DNA of 63,443 nucleotides, filler included, from Octopus bimaculoides (Eukaryota), in the NCBI RefSeq assembly GCF_001194135.2. It is 4 parts of 4 records of this genome, joined end to end, with 100 filler letters (N's around TTAATTAATTAA, not from the genome) between each part and the next. Parts side by side here need not be neighbours in the genome. Positions count along the whole stretch, not along the records: positions 44,910 to 57,040 come from NC_068982.1; positions 57,141 to 63,443 come from NC_068991.1; 2 more parts are not named here. The stretch is one strand, 5' to 3'. The notes beneath the pieces are model-generated. The model did not search any database. It saw only the letters and a program-made list of their open reading frames with translations, and was not told the DNA's origin. The stretch's first letter is position 1, and each line of letters begins with the position of its first letter. Both the position numbers and the translations under genes were made by a program. Positions 49,738-61,545 of this stretch are shown here, one piece after another.

Positions 49738-50304
49738 TTACATACGCAACACGCACACATAGAACCATCGTCCTTGTTAATTCCCACATGAACGCTCAAT
49801 CTCCTAATGATCATTACTGAGGAAGACATTAATGGACACAATCGTTATGAAAAAAATCGGTTTACGAACAAAACAGAAAAGATAAGATACGACATTATAT
49901 CACCAACATGAAACTCCCTTTCCATCATAAAGAACACATGTCAACATAAGCAAGAATAACTAAAAAAAAAAAAGAAAAGAAATTACGAAAAAGAAAAATA
50001 ACTATTTTGAACTGGTTTAACAAGGAAACAAAACGACAGTCTGCAGAATTCAATAACGCCAGAATTATTAATATCGACAATGTAATGCGGATATCCAGCA
50101 AAATAATTGTAGACATCTAAAATTCAGATCACAGAAGGCAACATGAAAATAAAACATGAATTATACATTAGATATAGCGATATGGGTGAACTCTAAGGAC
50201 AAACAACACACCAACACCACGCAGAAATGAAACAACAACGAATAAAACTAAACATGAATATAATAAAGAAAGCGATGTCGTACTCATTGCTAATACGTTC
50301 TGGA

Positions 50305-50661
50305 AGATTCGAACGTGAATATCTGATCACTGTTGTTTTTCATCACCGGAAAACACTTTCTGCATTTAAACGATGTATACTTATAACACAGTCAATTCGG
50401 AGGTTTCTTGGTGGATGGAGACTTCCAGACACCATAATGTTTCGATCTCGTTGTGTCTCCTCAGTGGAAGATACCCTGCGGGACCGATTATTTTCACGAA
50501 TGAACGAGTAATTATTTGTTGATGCGTGCTGAGGTGTACCAAATAGGTAACAATACGACAAGATGAGCATTTAGAACAGTGAAGATCTGAAAATCAACAT
50601 ATCTATTAATTTTTAATATATTGTAGCAGATTCAAACGTGGATGTCTGATCGCTGTTGTCT
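50305..50661. repeat. 34-bp imperfect direct repeats, 323-bp period, bracketing the hammerhead
   Basis: agattcgaacgtgaatatctgatcactgttgttt (50305) vs agattcaaacgtggatgtctgatcgctgttgtct (50628): 5 mismatches. Confidence 0.8.
50422..50470 (-). ncRNA. Type I hammerhead ribozyme, canonical core, non-palindromic stem III
   Basis: Minus strand cttcca-CTGAGGA-ga(cacaacgaga)tc-GAA-ACA(ttatgg)TGT-C-tggaag: perfect 6-bp stem I, 3-bp stem III, GUC site, all conserved core nucleotides present. Stem II is weak (2 firm bp). Confidence 0.75.
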
Positions 50662-52045
50662 TACGCTACGGCAGAATATATAATATAAACCACAAAAACC
50701 TAGAAGAATGGAAAATATTTATATTTCTCCAAATAGTGAAACACTATACGGAGTAAGTGTAAGTAACAGCATCAGCGGTATCAATGACAAAAGTAACAAC
50801 AACGTAGACAACTACTGCAACAAAACTCCTGTACAATATTCATCGGCAATAACCTGAAATAATACATGCACCGACTCTAAGTATAAAAACATTTACTTAC
50901 TCTACCCTATTTGAAAAGCAGCCGGCATAAACCGCACACGGATGCCAAAATGAAACAGAAAAAATATATATTTAAATAATTAAGGTCACGTCACTACTCT
51001 TGACCCCTTCTCACACCAATAACATCAATATATATATATAACATCAATATATATATATATATNNNNNNNNNNNNNNNNNNNNNNNNNNNNNNNNNNNNNN
51101 NNNNNNNNNNNNNNNNNNNNNNNNNNNNNNNNNNNNNNNNNNNNNNNNNNNNNNNNNNNNNNNNNNNNNNNNNNNNNNNNNNNNNNNNNNNNNNNNNNNN
51201 NNNNNNNNNNNNNNNNNNNNNNNNNNNNNNNNNNNNNNNNNNNNNNNNNNNNNNNNNNNNNNNNNNNNNNNNNNNNNNNNNNNNNNNNNNNNNNNNNNNN
51301 NNNNNNNNNNNNNNNNNNNNNNNNNNNNNNNNNNNNNNNNNNNNNNNNNNNNNNNNNNNNNNNNNNNNNNNNNNNNNNNNNNNNNNNNNNNNNNNNNNNN
51401 NNNNNNNNNNNNNNNNNNNNNNNNNNNNNNNNNNNNNNNNNNNNNNNNNNNNNNNNNNNNNNNNNNNNNNNNNNNNNNNNNNNNNNNNNNNNNNNNNNNN
51501 NNNNNNNNNNNNNNNNNNNNNNNNNNNNNNNNNNNNNNNNNNNNNNNNNNNNNNNNNNNNNNNNNNNNNNNNNNNNNNNNNNNNNNNNNNNNNNNNNNNN
51601 NNNNNNNNNNNNNNNNNNNNNNNNNNNNNNNNNNNNNNNNNNNNNNNNNNNNNNNNNNNNNNNNNNNNNNNNNNNNNNNNNNNNNNNNNNNNNNNNNNNN
51701 NNNNNNNNNNNNNNNNNNNNNNNNNNNNNNNNNNNNNNNNNNNNNNNNNNNNNNNNNNNNNNNNNNNNNNNNNNNNNNNNNNNNNNNNNNNNNNNNNNNN
51801 NNNNNNNNNNNNNNNTTAATATCTTTTTATAAAAATTTTTCTTATATATATATATACATATTTTATGGATGTCGAGATATCTAACCGCTTTTCGCTATTT
51901 AAATCAGCTTTTCAAGGGACATTATGAAGTAATCATTTCTTGTGACAAAGGAGTCTCAAAAATTTCTTTATAAAATGATATTAAAATATGGGAAACGAAG
52001 GAGTTTCTCTTCCACTTTATATATATGTTTTCCACATATTTTCAT

Positions 52046-52086
<41 letters not shown>

Positions 52087-52149
52087 AATGGCATCCGAGA
52101 CCATTTGGCATTATGCCGCCGTGCTTGAAAAGAAAACTCATCGAGCCAA

Positions 52150-52330
52150 GCAAAACTGCAGTTGTATCAGATACCGGTGTCACGCAAATGGAGCCCGTGC
52201 TGGTGGCACATAAAAGCACTCATTACAGTCTCAAGGTGGTTGGCATTAGAAAGGGCATCAAACCGTAGAAACCGTGCCAAAAGACTGGAGCCTGGTGCAG
52301 TCTTCCAGATTGCCAATCTCCTTCAGGTGT
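52150..52330 (+). mobile_element. Interspersed repeat family F (SINE/LINE-tail-like) fragment
   Basis: ggtggttggcattagaaagggcatcaaaccgtagaaacc is shared with 62644 (ttaggaaggacatcctgccgtaaaaaaacc). Confidence 0.55.
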
Positions 52331-52641
52331 CTTGTGATTTACCTTAGTGTCTTGAATGGGACTGAACTCAGGACGTATAGTTAATGCAGTGCAGTCAACA
52401 AGAGGTTCTGATTTCAATCCCAGACTAGTCATTAAGATGAATCGCAAGACGTCTCAGGAGTGGGTGGGGGTGTACAACGGCCGACTCGTAGCGAAAGCAA
52501 CAATCAAGATGAAAACACGACTCCAAATAACGAAAACATTGCATTTAACAATAAATTCTTCATCTCTGAAATACAGAATTGAAACTTTAATAAACTCTTA
52601 AAATTTTTGCTCTTAGTCCTTTTAATTTAAAAAATTAACCG

Positions 52642-52684
<43 letters not shown>

Positions 52685-53993
52685 NNNNNNNNNNNNNNNN
52701 NNNNNNNNNNNNNNNNNNNNNNNNNNNNNNNNNNNNNNNNNNNNNNNNNNNNNNNNNNNNNNNNNNNNNNNNNNNNNNNNNNNNNNNNNNNNNNNNNNNN
52801 NNNNNNNNNNNNNNNNNNNNNNNNNNNNNNNNNNNNNNNNNNNNNNNNNNNNNNNNNNNNNNNNNNNNNNNNNNNNNNNNNNNNNNNNNNNNNNNNNNNN
52901 NNNNNNNNNNNNNNNNNNNNNNNNNNNNNNNNNNNNNNNNNNNNNNNNNNNNNNNNNNNNNNNNNNNNNNNNNNNNNNNNNNNNNNNNNNNNNNNNNNNN
53001 NNNNNNNNNNNNNNNNNNNNNNNNNNNNNNNNNNNNNNNNNNNNNNNNNNNNNNNNNNNNNNNNNNNNNNNNNNNNNNNNNNNNNNNNNNNNNNNNNNNN
53101 NNNNNNNNNNNNNNNNNNNNNNNNNNNNNNNNNNNNNNNNNNNNNNNNNNNNNNNNNNNNNNNNNNNNNNNNNNNNNNNNNNNNNNNNNNNNNNNNNNNN
53201 NNNNNNNNNNNNNNNNNNNNNNNNNNNNNNNNNNNNNNNNNNNNNNNNNNNNNNNNNNNNNNNNNNNNNNNNNNNNNNNNNNNNNNNNNNNNNNNNNNNN
53301 NNNNNNNNNNNNNNNNNNNNNNNNNNNNNNNNNNNNNNNNNNNNNNNNNNNNNNNNNNNTATATATATATATATATATATATATCAAGTATGTATCGATT
53401 AATCGTATGTACGGACACATTATCAATTCAGTGAACCACGAGACTAAATATACTTGCAGACAGCAAAACAGAAAGTTCTAGAAGGAAAGATTAGTAGCAA
53501 TATTGTATTTATAAGCAGACATACTTTGCCATCTATTACTTCAACATCACTAAAGGAAATATTTGTTTTCTTTGATGTCGGCAAATACATATCAGCGGAT
53601 GGAGTTTAGAGTTTGCTCGTACAAACAGTAATGTTAAATAAATGACAACTACTACACACACATCATGCACCCCACCACACAGAGAGAGAGAGAGATAAAG
53701 AGAGGGAGAAAGAAAGAGATAAAAAGAGGGAGGGAGAGAGAGAGACTTACGCAAACGTAAGCAAGGTCTCACACGAACATACATACAATCATATTTAGCC
53801 CTTCCCTGTCGATAAGTAATTGTATCTTTATATTGCATATAAGTGTACCTGTTTGAGTATATTTATATATAATTATGCGGACATACAAAAATATGTTTGT
53901 TCAGCCATCCATTAATGTAAGTACACGCATACATGCATACGCTTTCGCTTTCCTGCACAGAAAATGACATACACACGCATATATGTATATCTC

Positions 53994-54029
<36 letters not shown>

Positions 54030-54094
54030 NNNNNNNNNNACAGTTATAGGACATCACACAAACACATACACACACACACACACACATCGTAGTC

Positions 54095-54306
54095 GAGGGC
54101 GCATGGCCTAGTGGTTAGGCTGTCACACACATGTGATCTCAGAACCGTGGTTCCAATTCCTAGACCGGGTGATGCGTTGTGTTCTGGAGCAAAGCACTTC
54201 ATCCGCCTTCACTTCGACAGCAGACGTGTGGTGCAACGAGAAATCGTTCAGGCAACATCGATTTGATTGAGGGAGCGAGCCGATGTACAACACAAACACA
54301 CATATT
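54095..54306 (+). mobile_element. SINE family B copy
   Basis: A box tggcctagtggtt, B box ggttccaattcc, gcgttgtgttctggagcaaagcacttcat; tail matches 1739-1887. Confidence 0.8.
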
Positions 54307-54514
54307 GGAACAGTGGGTCTCCAAGCACTTAAAGTTACAAGTAACGACGTGTAATTATTGGCCAGAAAACCACAGGGGGTAGAAAAAGTAGGAGGCTGTC
54401 AGTGGGACACGTATCTACACCACCTGTAAATAAGGTAAATATGACAAACTCCACCTTTTCTACATTATTTGCATTATTTACATTCGATGGATATTAGTCC
54501 TCATCTTTGTTGTT

Positions 54515-54560
54515 AACACAACGTTTCGGCTGATATACTCTCCAGCATTCTTCATATGTC
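54515..54560 (-). ncRNA. Decayed hammerhead motif (same family as 32815), in module 54470-54600
   Basis: Minus strand gacat-ATGAAGA-a-tgctg(gagagtatat)cagcc-GAAAC-GTT-gtgtt; C3A and G10.1U substitutions. Confidence 0.7.
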
Positions 54561-54607
54561 TTGGGGAATTTTCGAACCTGGGTTCTCATTTCTAAGGTAT
54601 TTTGCAA

Positions 54608-54996
54608 TGTTATTATTATTGAGAGAGCAGTGCATGCCATCAAGGTGACACAGGGGTAAAATACACGAAGCCCACTATACCCATCATGACTACCCGTCAG
54701 ATAAGGGTACACCAGGCACATGCACCACAACCATATGAGCACGACATGGTGATCTCATATCAAGATAAACAGCACATGACCTCACAGGTGGGGCCCAGTT
54801 AGAATTTTCTTCAGGTCGAGTCTCTCATCCCACTCAAAAGGTCCCTGAATAAAGTTTGTTTAAGGATGCTCAGCAAAACACCCATGTTTCGAAAGTGAAT
54901 TATTCAAACCCCAAAGAATTCCTCTCAACACATGGCTATGATGCTCCACAACTAATTCTGTCCGTGATCAGAGATGCACATATCGTCAGCCACCAA
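54608..54996 (-). mobile_element. Interspersed repeat family D ending in (AAT)n, joined to the hammerhead module
   Basis: Homologous by eye to 9252-9612 over about 350 bp. Confidence 0.8.
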
Positions 54997-56204
54997 GGAT
55001 TATAAAACTAAACTGTCTTAGAAAGAAGTGCATAGTGGTACGCAGATATAATATTCTTAATTTATTGTAAAATAATTATGATGCATCTATGATAAATGTC
55101 GATAAGTTTATATTAAGTTTGATATGATCAGAAGATAGTGTGCTCATTATCGTTGCAGAAGGTGGTATGCTAATGAGACTAGCAGATGTGAACTTCTTGT
55201 AAAAATGTAACGATGAAACTCGTCATGTGATCTAAAATAGCAGCTCCTTTTTATAGATTAGGCATTTAGTCATAATAACACTTCAGTAAGCTGCATATGC
55301 AATCAAAGAATGTAACTGTGGTTTCTGATCGATGGAATTCAATTTAGCTGTATTGATTGTTCATCAATATCGTTAGTAGAGCGTTAATGCTTTCCAGGTG
55401 AATGTTAAAACGAAAAAGAAAACATTTATATTTATTTATTACCTCTCACTTCCCCTTTTCTCTCAATATGCAAACACACACACACACACATACACACACA
55501 CACACATGTATATATANNNNNNNNNNNNNNNNNNNNNNNNNNNNNNNNNNNNNNNNNNNNNNNNNNNNNNNNNNNNNNNNNNNNNNNNNNNNNNNNNNNN
55601 NNNNNNNNNNNNNNNNNNNNNNNNNNNNNNNNNNNNNNNNNNNNNNNNNNNNNNNNNNNNNNNNNNNNNNNNNNNNNNNNNNNNNNNNNNNNNNNNNNNN
55701 NNNNNNNNNNNNNNNNNNNNNNNNNNNNNNNNNNNNNNNNNNNNNNNNNNNNNNNNNNNNNNNNNNNNNNNNNNNNNNNNNNNNNNTATATATATATATA
55801 TATATATATCCGTGAGTGTGTGTGTGTGTGTGTGTACATACATATATATTCACGCGTAAATAGAAAAAGTGTGGGAGTAAGATCAAACCGAAAAGCAATC
55901 AGGGTGTACGGGTAACTGAAGAGAGAAAATTAGGATGATAATGAGTACGAGTGATAACGGAACATATGCGATTACACACCGTATACCGTAAACTCTGTTA
56001 ATCTATTCATTCAGCAAATGGATCTCTGTCTGTTTCGACGATGAGTATTTAATTAGTCAATCGACTGAATTCGCTCATTATCGAATTCGAGCCTAAGTGA
56101 ACGAGAATTCCACGGATACGTGTAGGAAGTAAGCCAGATACAGTATGAGGTGAGGTTAGATGTCCAAACTAAAGAAGCAATCCATATGACAGTTTTTCAG
56201 TCGT

Positions 56205-56335
56205 TCTCCTCAACACAATTTTCAATACAAGTCTTGGTTTAACATAAGGCTGAACAACACTTGCCACTCAGCAGAATCGAACCTAGAACCTAGTGATTGC
56301 TACGCGCAAACTTCTTAAGCATTTGGCCATACTGT
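56205..56335 (-). mobile_element. Heavily diverged tRNA-SINE head
   Basis: Reverse complement gtatggccaaatgcttaagaagttt...ctaggttcgattc (B box)...gcaagtgttgt. Confidence 0.45.
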
Positions 56336-56365
56336 CTCCAGAATGAATGCATTACACATACATAA

Positions 56366-56402
<37 letters not shown>

Positions 56403-57619
56403 ACACACACACACACACGGAGCTTGATAACCAACTACATAAATCAAGTGGAGAATCGTAGACATGCCATATGTTAATGGATCTTACAAAGGCAACTTAT
56501 GCGTCACTGAAAGATCGAATATTCTTTTTAGATCTAAGAATTGCACCGCACTACAAAATTCCAGATCCGAAATTTACAGCAAATGCAAACATATAGGCAA
56601 ATTTCTTTTGCCGAACTAGAGACACGACCCTATCCAGATTGAGCAGCTGTCTTGCAGACTCTGGAACCGGCTCCATCGAAATATTGTTTAACAACTAGCT
56701 TAGTCAAAGGGAATATAAACCTAATTTTCTTTCTTTCCTTTTGACGTTTTTATTCACCCTTCCACTTTGTGCATCGACCTTCTCATTTTCTTTTTGTCAT
56801 GATTTCTCAAGTAGCAAAAAACTGAATAGGCTCTGTATTCAAAGTTAGAGGATTGCTTGAAACCAAAAGCTGTGTAATTAAAACCTGCCTAGGCCAACGC
56901 CTTCAAAGCAAGAAAATATTAGTAGCTCATATCTTTATACTAGGTATATTCAATGATATTTATCCCTCACTAGATGGAATAGTTCTTTTTAATGATCTTG
57001 TCTTAACGGAAATGTTCATATATATATATATATATATATANNNNNNNNNNNNNNNNNNNNNNNNNNNNNNNNNNNNNNNNNNNNTTAATTAATTAANNNN
57101 NNNNNNNNNNNNNNNNNNNNNNNNNNNNNNNNNNNNNNNNCTTAAACAAATAATACAGTAAAAGATTATATATCTATACCTATTGTATAGCTGAGTTTGT
57201 GTGTGTGTGTGTGTGTGTTGCATCTATAGAAATCCACACCTTACAAGTCGCACCAATGGATTCTTCATGGTCGAAAATGCCCGGAATCGGCCATTTATTA
57301 TTTTTTTTATTGCTTCCCAAGACGTGAATTTTTATATTAGAAATAATTTTAAACCATAAATTCTAACAATTTTCAAATCGGAGCATGAGTTAAATCCCCT
57401 TCTAGCGACGGTGTAAACAAAGGGAGAGAGGTAACAGATTTTTTAAATTTCATCTTTTTAGTGACCGATACACAATATAAACGACCGTTTCTCATATAGC
57501 TGGTCGTGCGTGAACATGGGAGAGAGCAGAAGTTACCAGCGCAAAATATCCTAAGTGTTTACTGTACATACGATCAGCTATTATTTCTAAACAATGTTAC
57601 GAAACTGTTCATGTTTTCG

Positions 57620-57655
<36 letters not shown>

Positions 57656-57783
57656 TTTCGTTGCAAATGGTTTTGTTATACGACGCCGTATTTTACAATC
57701 ATGTAAATAATAATGATAATGGTATTTTTTTTTATATAAGCTTACAGTTTATGGTGTTCACCGTGCATCACTAACTGGTGTCA

Positions 57784-58080
57784 TAATCACCAGTTAGTGA
57801 TGAAAATTCATTCCATTCGCAAAATACTATATGCTTTTTCCAGCAACAAATTGTCGCTTATGTCGAAAAAGGAGAAATATGCTATATTAAATCTCTGAGC
57901 AAGATATAAACAGTAGCAATACTGATTCGGGGCTATAAACGTCAGCAGCACTGTCCTGTATAGGACGCTACACTTGCTACTCTATATCTCGCTCAGAGAT
58001 TTAATATAGCTTATTTCTCCTTTTTCGAGATCAGGGACAGTTTGCAAGTAGAACGAGTTTTCGTCACTAGCTGGTGATTA
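57784..58080. mobile_element. Foldback MITE-like element with long imperfect inverted arms
   Basis: 57863-57919 pairs with 57974-58028 (few mismatches). Outer arms taatcaccag.tagtga.gaaaa.tc.ttc at 57784 and 58080 (reverse complement). TA at both termini. Confidence 0.8.
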
Positions 58081-58256
58081 ACAAACGCTGAGGACGGGTA
58101 ACCACCCAGAACTCGAATCTGCGTGTATCACGTAAGGCTAGAGATTGGAGCGATGACCTCCTCTCGCAAATACTAATCGGACACAGAATGTGTGTCGTTA
58201 GCCAACTGGAAGACATGTCTTCCTGGGGCTATAAACGTCAGTAGCACTGTCGTCTC

Positions 58257-58423
58257 TTTGAACCATTCAAAGACAGCTTACGAAGTCGTTGATTTCTTAT
58301 GGATGATGTGAAGGAGGTGGTGCATAAATAGTTGCACGACCAACCAAAAAAGAGGGAATACGCAAGCTTGTTGACCGCTGGACTAACTGCATCGAAAAGG
58401 AAGGAGACTATATAGAAAAATGG
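58257..58423 (+). mobile_element. Mariner transposase C-terminal fragment
   Basis: FEPFKDSLRSR*FLMDDVKEVVHK*LHDQPK / GIRKLVDRWTNCIEKEGDYIEK, a typical mariner C-terminus. Confidence 0.8.
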
Positions 58424-58472
58424 CGTACTTGTTTGTCCCCTGCTTTTCTGAAAATACATTGGAAAAGCAAGA

Positions 58473-58625
58473 GTGCGTTTTAGGGTTTACGTCAACAAGC
58501 CAGAGACCCTGGCGCAACTGAACATCAATAGGGAAATTAGAGAAACGGGGTCTGAAACTCTTGAGGGTGTTACGGTACAAGTTTTGGAAAAGCACGGGTG
58601 TGTGAAGCCGAAAAGACATGTTTTG
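58473..58625 (+). mobile_element. Tc1-like transposase C-terminal fragment
   Basis: VYVNKPETLAQLNINREIRETGSETLEGV resembles the VY.NKP.T...LK.NI..EI..I....L pattern of Tc1/mariner-superfamily C-termini. Confidence 0.5.
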
Positions 58626-59749
58626 ACCCCCAGACAGAAGATAAACTGTTTTTACTTCAAATTCTTATAAATTTTTTACTAATATTTGATAAGATGAGAT
58701 TCATCGAAACCGGTAATATTTTCTTTATATAATTTTTAAAATCATTTTTATTAAATTCCCTCTTAAATTGAAATGTCTTAGACTTACTTCTATGCTATTT
58801 CTACTTCCATCTTTAACATATAAAAATTCGGTGTTTATAGATCTCTAATCTTTTTCCTACTATATATATAACGAAAGATTTTTAAAAGTTGCTCACTATT
58901 AAAAAAATATTTAGATAACCGAATGTCATCAAACTTTGGGGAAGTTTGCACGTGTAGTGCGCATTTTGTGTGTAAGCGCTGTCTTTGTTCAACTTTTCGA
59001 ACATTCATGTTCTAGTTTAATGCATATAGAGGAAGCCGTTTTAGTAATAGTTTTAGGTATAGCAATAGTGACTATTTCCGGTTAAGTTTCGGATTTAGAA
59101 TTCCTATAAAGTATTCTTTTGGCTTCCGTAGTCGATTATTTTTATCATTTATTTTGCAAAAGGGGAATATTTGAAATTTTCTATTTGCACCAATGTTTAT
59201 ATGTTTATTACATGGGGACAGTTTTAAGAGATGAATCTTTAATTTAATTTTTGTGCACGTTCAAACTGCTGGTTAGTTTTGTCAGTTTCTCAATGAAATT
59301 CGCTGTGATTCAAACTGATCTGATGCATCGTTTTGTTCTGTTAAGAAAATTTTTAAATGCATTTTTCAAGAGATGCGGTCTTGTTCGGTTGTTGATCATA
59401 TCTTAGGCTGTATACATCAAAACAATGAGCAAAATACCCAAGAATTCAAATACAATTCTATAGCTACTCTATGACAAACAATTGACAAACACTGGTACCA
59501 TGCTGTGGGTGATGTGACATTGAGCAGAAGTCAGGAACAAACGACAGGCTTCGTTCATTTCAGTATCCACTTTTGCAAAGTAAAAATTGTACCTAGCATA
59601 CATCTTTGTTATTTCTCGACTGATACATAACTCCCTCTAAATACATACATGTGTGTGTGAGAGTGTATGCGTATGTGTGTGTAAGGTTGCTGGTATCATG
59701 TATTGCACCCTCTCTCTCAATTTTCGTATCTCCGGCTATGAGGTCCATC

Positions 59750-61345
59750 AAAATTTTTGTTGACTCTCCTCACCAGCACGAAATTGGGGTGTCTACTTTC
59801 TTTTTGGGGTGAAGTGGGGGTTGCGATAGTGTTGGTGTGGTCGGTGGGGCTGGTATTGTTTTATATTAGTCTGTTGTCTTTGCACTGGAACATTCTGTTT
59901 TTGGTGTGGGGCCAGGTACATTTATTTTTTTGTCATCGTCTTCGTTACGCGACGTGGAGACACCAGTGTCTGTGGAATCAATCTCGGGGTGTGAGAGTCT
60001 ATGTTTGTGTGAGCGTCGCTGTGTGAGTGTGTGCTTGAGAGAGCAAGAGACGGAGTACTGGTTTGGGAGATAACCTGGGTGGTTATCACAATTGTCTTTG
60101 TTTGTGCTTCACCTGAAAATGAGGTTGCATATGTGGCATATTGTCTCAGTTGTTGTTGTTGTTGAGTGTTTTGCATGGGTGGTGGGAGTGGCTTCGTGCC
60201 TTCTGTCTTTTTGAAGCAGAAAGCCCTGAGGTGGCCTGTGGCCTACAAATGTCGCACTTAGGCTTCCTGCCTTCTACTAGAACACGCAAGTCACCCCTTT
60301 TGGGCTGCTGTATAAGGTCCGGGATTTTCCCCATGTTTTCCGGCTTCACAAGGAACTGGATTTCAATGGTTATCCCGGACCAGTTTTCCTTGCTGCTCCG
60401 TTTCACCGCTAGGAGTGACTTCGGATCCTTTACCACGCAAGCTACGATCCACCAGACGTTCACACCTGACAGAACACCTGCTATTTTTATTCTGGCAGCT
60501 CTTTTTGAGAGGTAGGTTGGGTACAGGATCCAATCTTCAATCCATCGGGGCGTTACTGCATGTTTGTGTGCGAGTTCCTCAATTTTGAAGAGGACTTCGA
60601 TACTGGCATACTTTCTGACTCTTTGAAAGTGGGCCACGTCTTCTCAGATGTCCTTTACAATCTCTTCCACTTGACATATAAATGCTATTTCTGCTTGCCT
60701 GCTCTTGAGCGAGGCATTTAAAATAAATAGTTTCCCTTCATTTCCAACAATTCAGGAGGTACAAGAACTGCTGCCTTACCCCACTCAGTTTTTATGATTC
60801 TGTTGGCTTGGGCCAATTCATTTGCTTTTTCATCAAGAGCCAGCAGAAACATTTCTTTTTAAGAACTGGCTACGTCGGAAATTTTTTAAAAATTCGTGGA
60901 ATTATTGTTTTGGTCGATTTTCTTTACGTTATTTAACTTTGTTGTTGTTTTGGTGATTTCTGTTTCGCAGGTGTTGCTGTTATTTCTATTATCTTCTGTC
61001 TCTCTCTTTTCCGTTTTCGCATTCTTGCTGTTGCTGCTGCTGATTTCACATGCTTAATGAGCTCTCACTTTGCTTAGGCTGTTGTTGTTTTTGTTGTTGT
61101 TGTCGCTGGAAGTAAGTGATATGATAGGGGAATCTTCTTCTGTGAGAGGGCTGGTGGGAGGAACGGCTTTCCCCTCAACGCCCCATAATGGTTGCTGATG
61201 AAGATGGTAATGGTGATGATGACGACGCCATCTTGTGTGTTTGTGTTTTTTACACAGGATGGGGCGTTTTTGGAGTGCAATAGATAACTAAATGAATAAA
61301 TACTCCCTCTCACGGGACAGAAACGACCACTTGACACCTGCCAAA
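59750..61345 (-). mobile_element. Degraded non-LTR retrotransposon 5' region with gag-like ORF1 (L1/Tx1-like)
   Basis: Candidate ATG at 61231 (MASSSSPLP). The 163-aa frame ends VLVEGRKPKCDIC; with a 1-nt deletion, 60216-60256 reads CDICRP-GHLRAFC (CX2CX4HX4C knuckle). No ORF2 recognised. Confidence 0.65.
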
Positions 61346-61480
61346 AGGTTTCTGATGTTCTTATTGTCAGTTTATGACAAAAAATAATAATATATATTTG
61401 TAAAGATAAGGTGAAAAACACAGTCTAAAGCATAACTTACAAAGCGTGTTCGAAAGAACACCTTAAGCATTCCGCAGCGA

Positions 61481-61511
61481 ATAATAATAATAATAATAAT
61501 AATAATGATGA

Positions 61512-61544
<33 letters not shown>

Positions 61545-61545
61545 T
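61481..61545. repeat. (AAT)n followed by (ATT)n, quasi-palindromic
   Basis: Directly visible; the (ATT)n half is the tail of the adjacent LINE. Confidence 0.9.

Noticed and set aside
51022-51062. Short duplication aacatcaatatatatat next to a gap, and the tacattatttatatatat repeats at 33343-33400
   Set aside because: Low-complexity contig-edge sequence; probably slippage or an assembly artefact.
58085-58115. CTGAGGA-c-gggt(aacc)accc-a-GAAC as a hammerhead
   Set aside because: GAAC instead of GAAA, and no stem I or III. Other CTGANGA hits (e.g. 7615, 13756, 14034, 22547, 43020, 49817) also lack the required stems.
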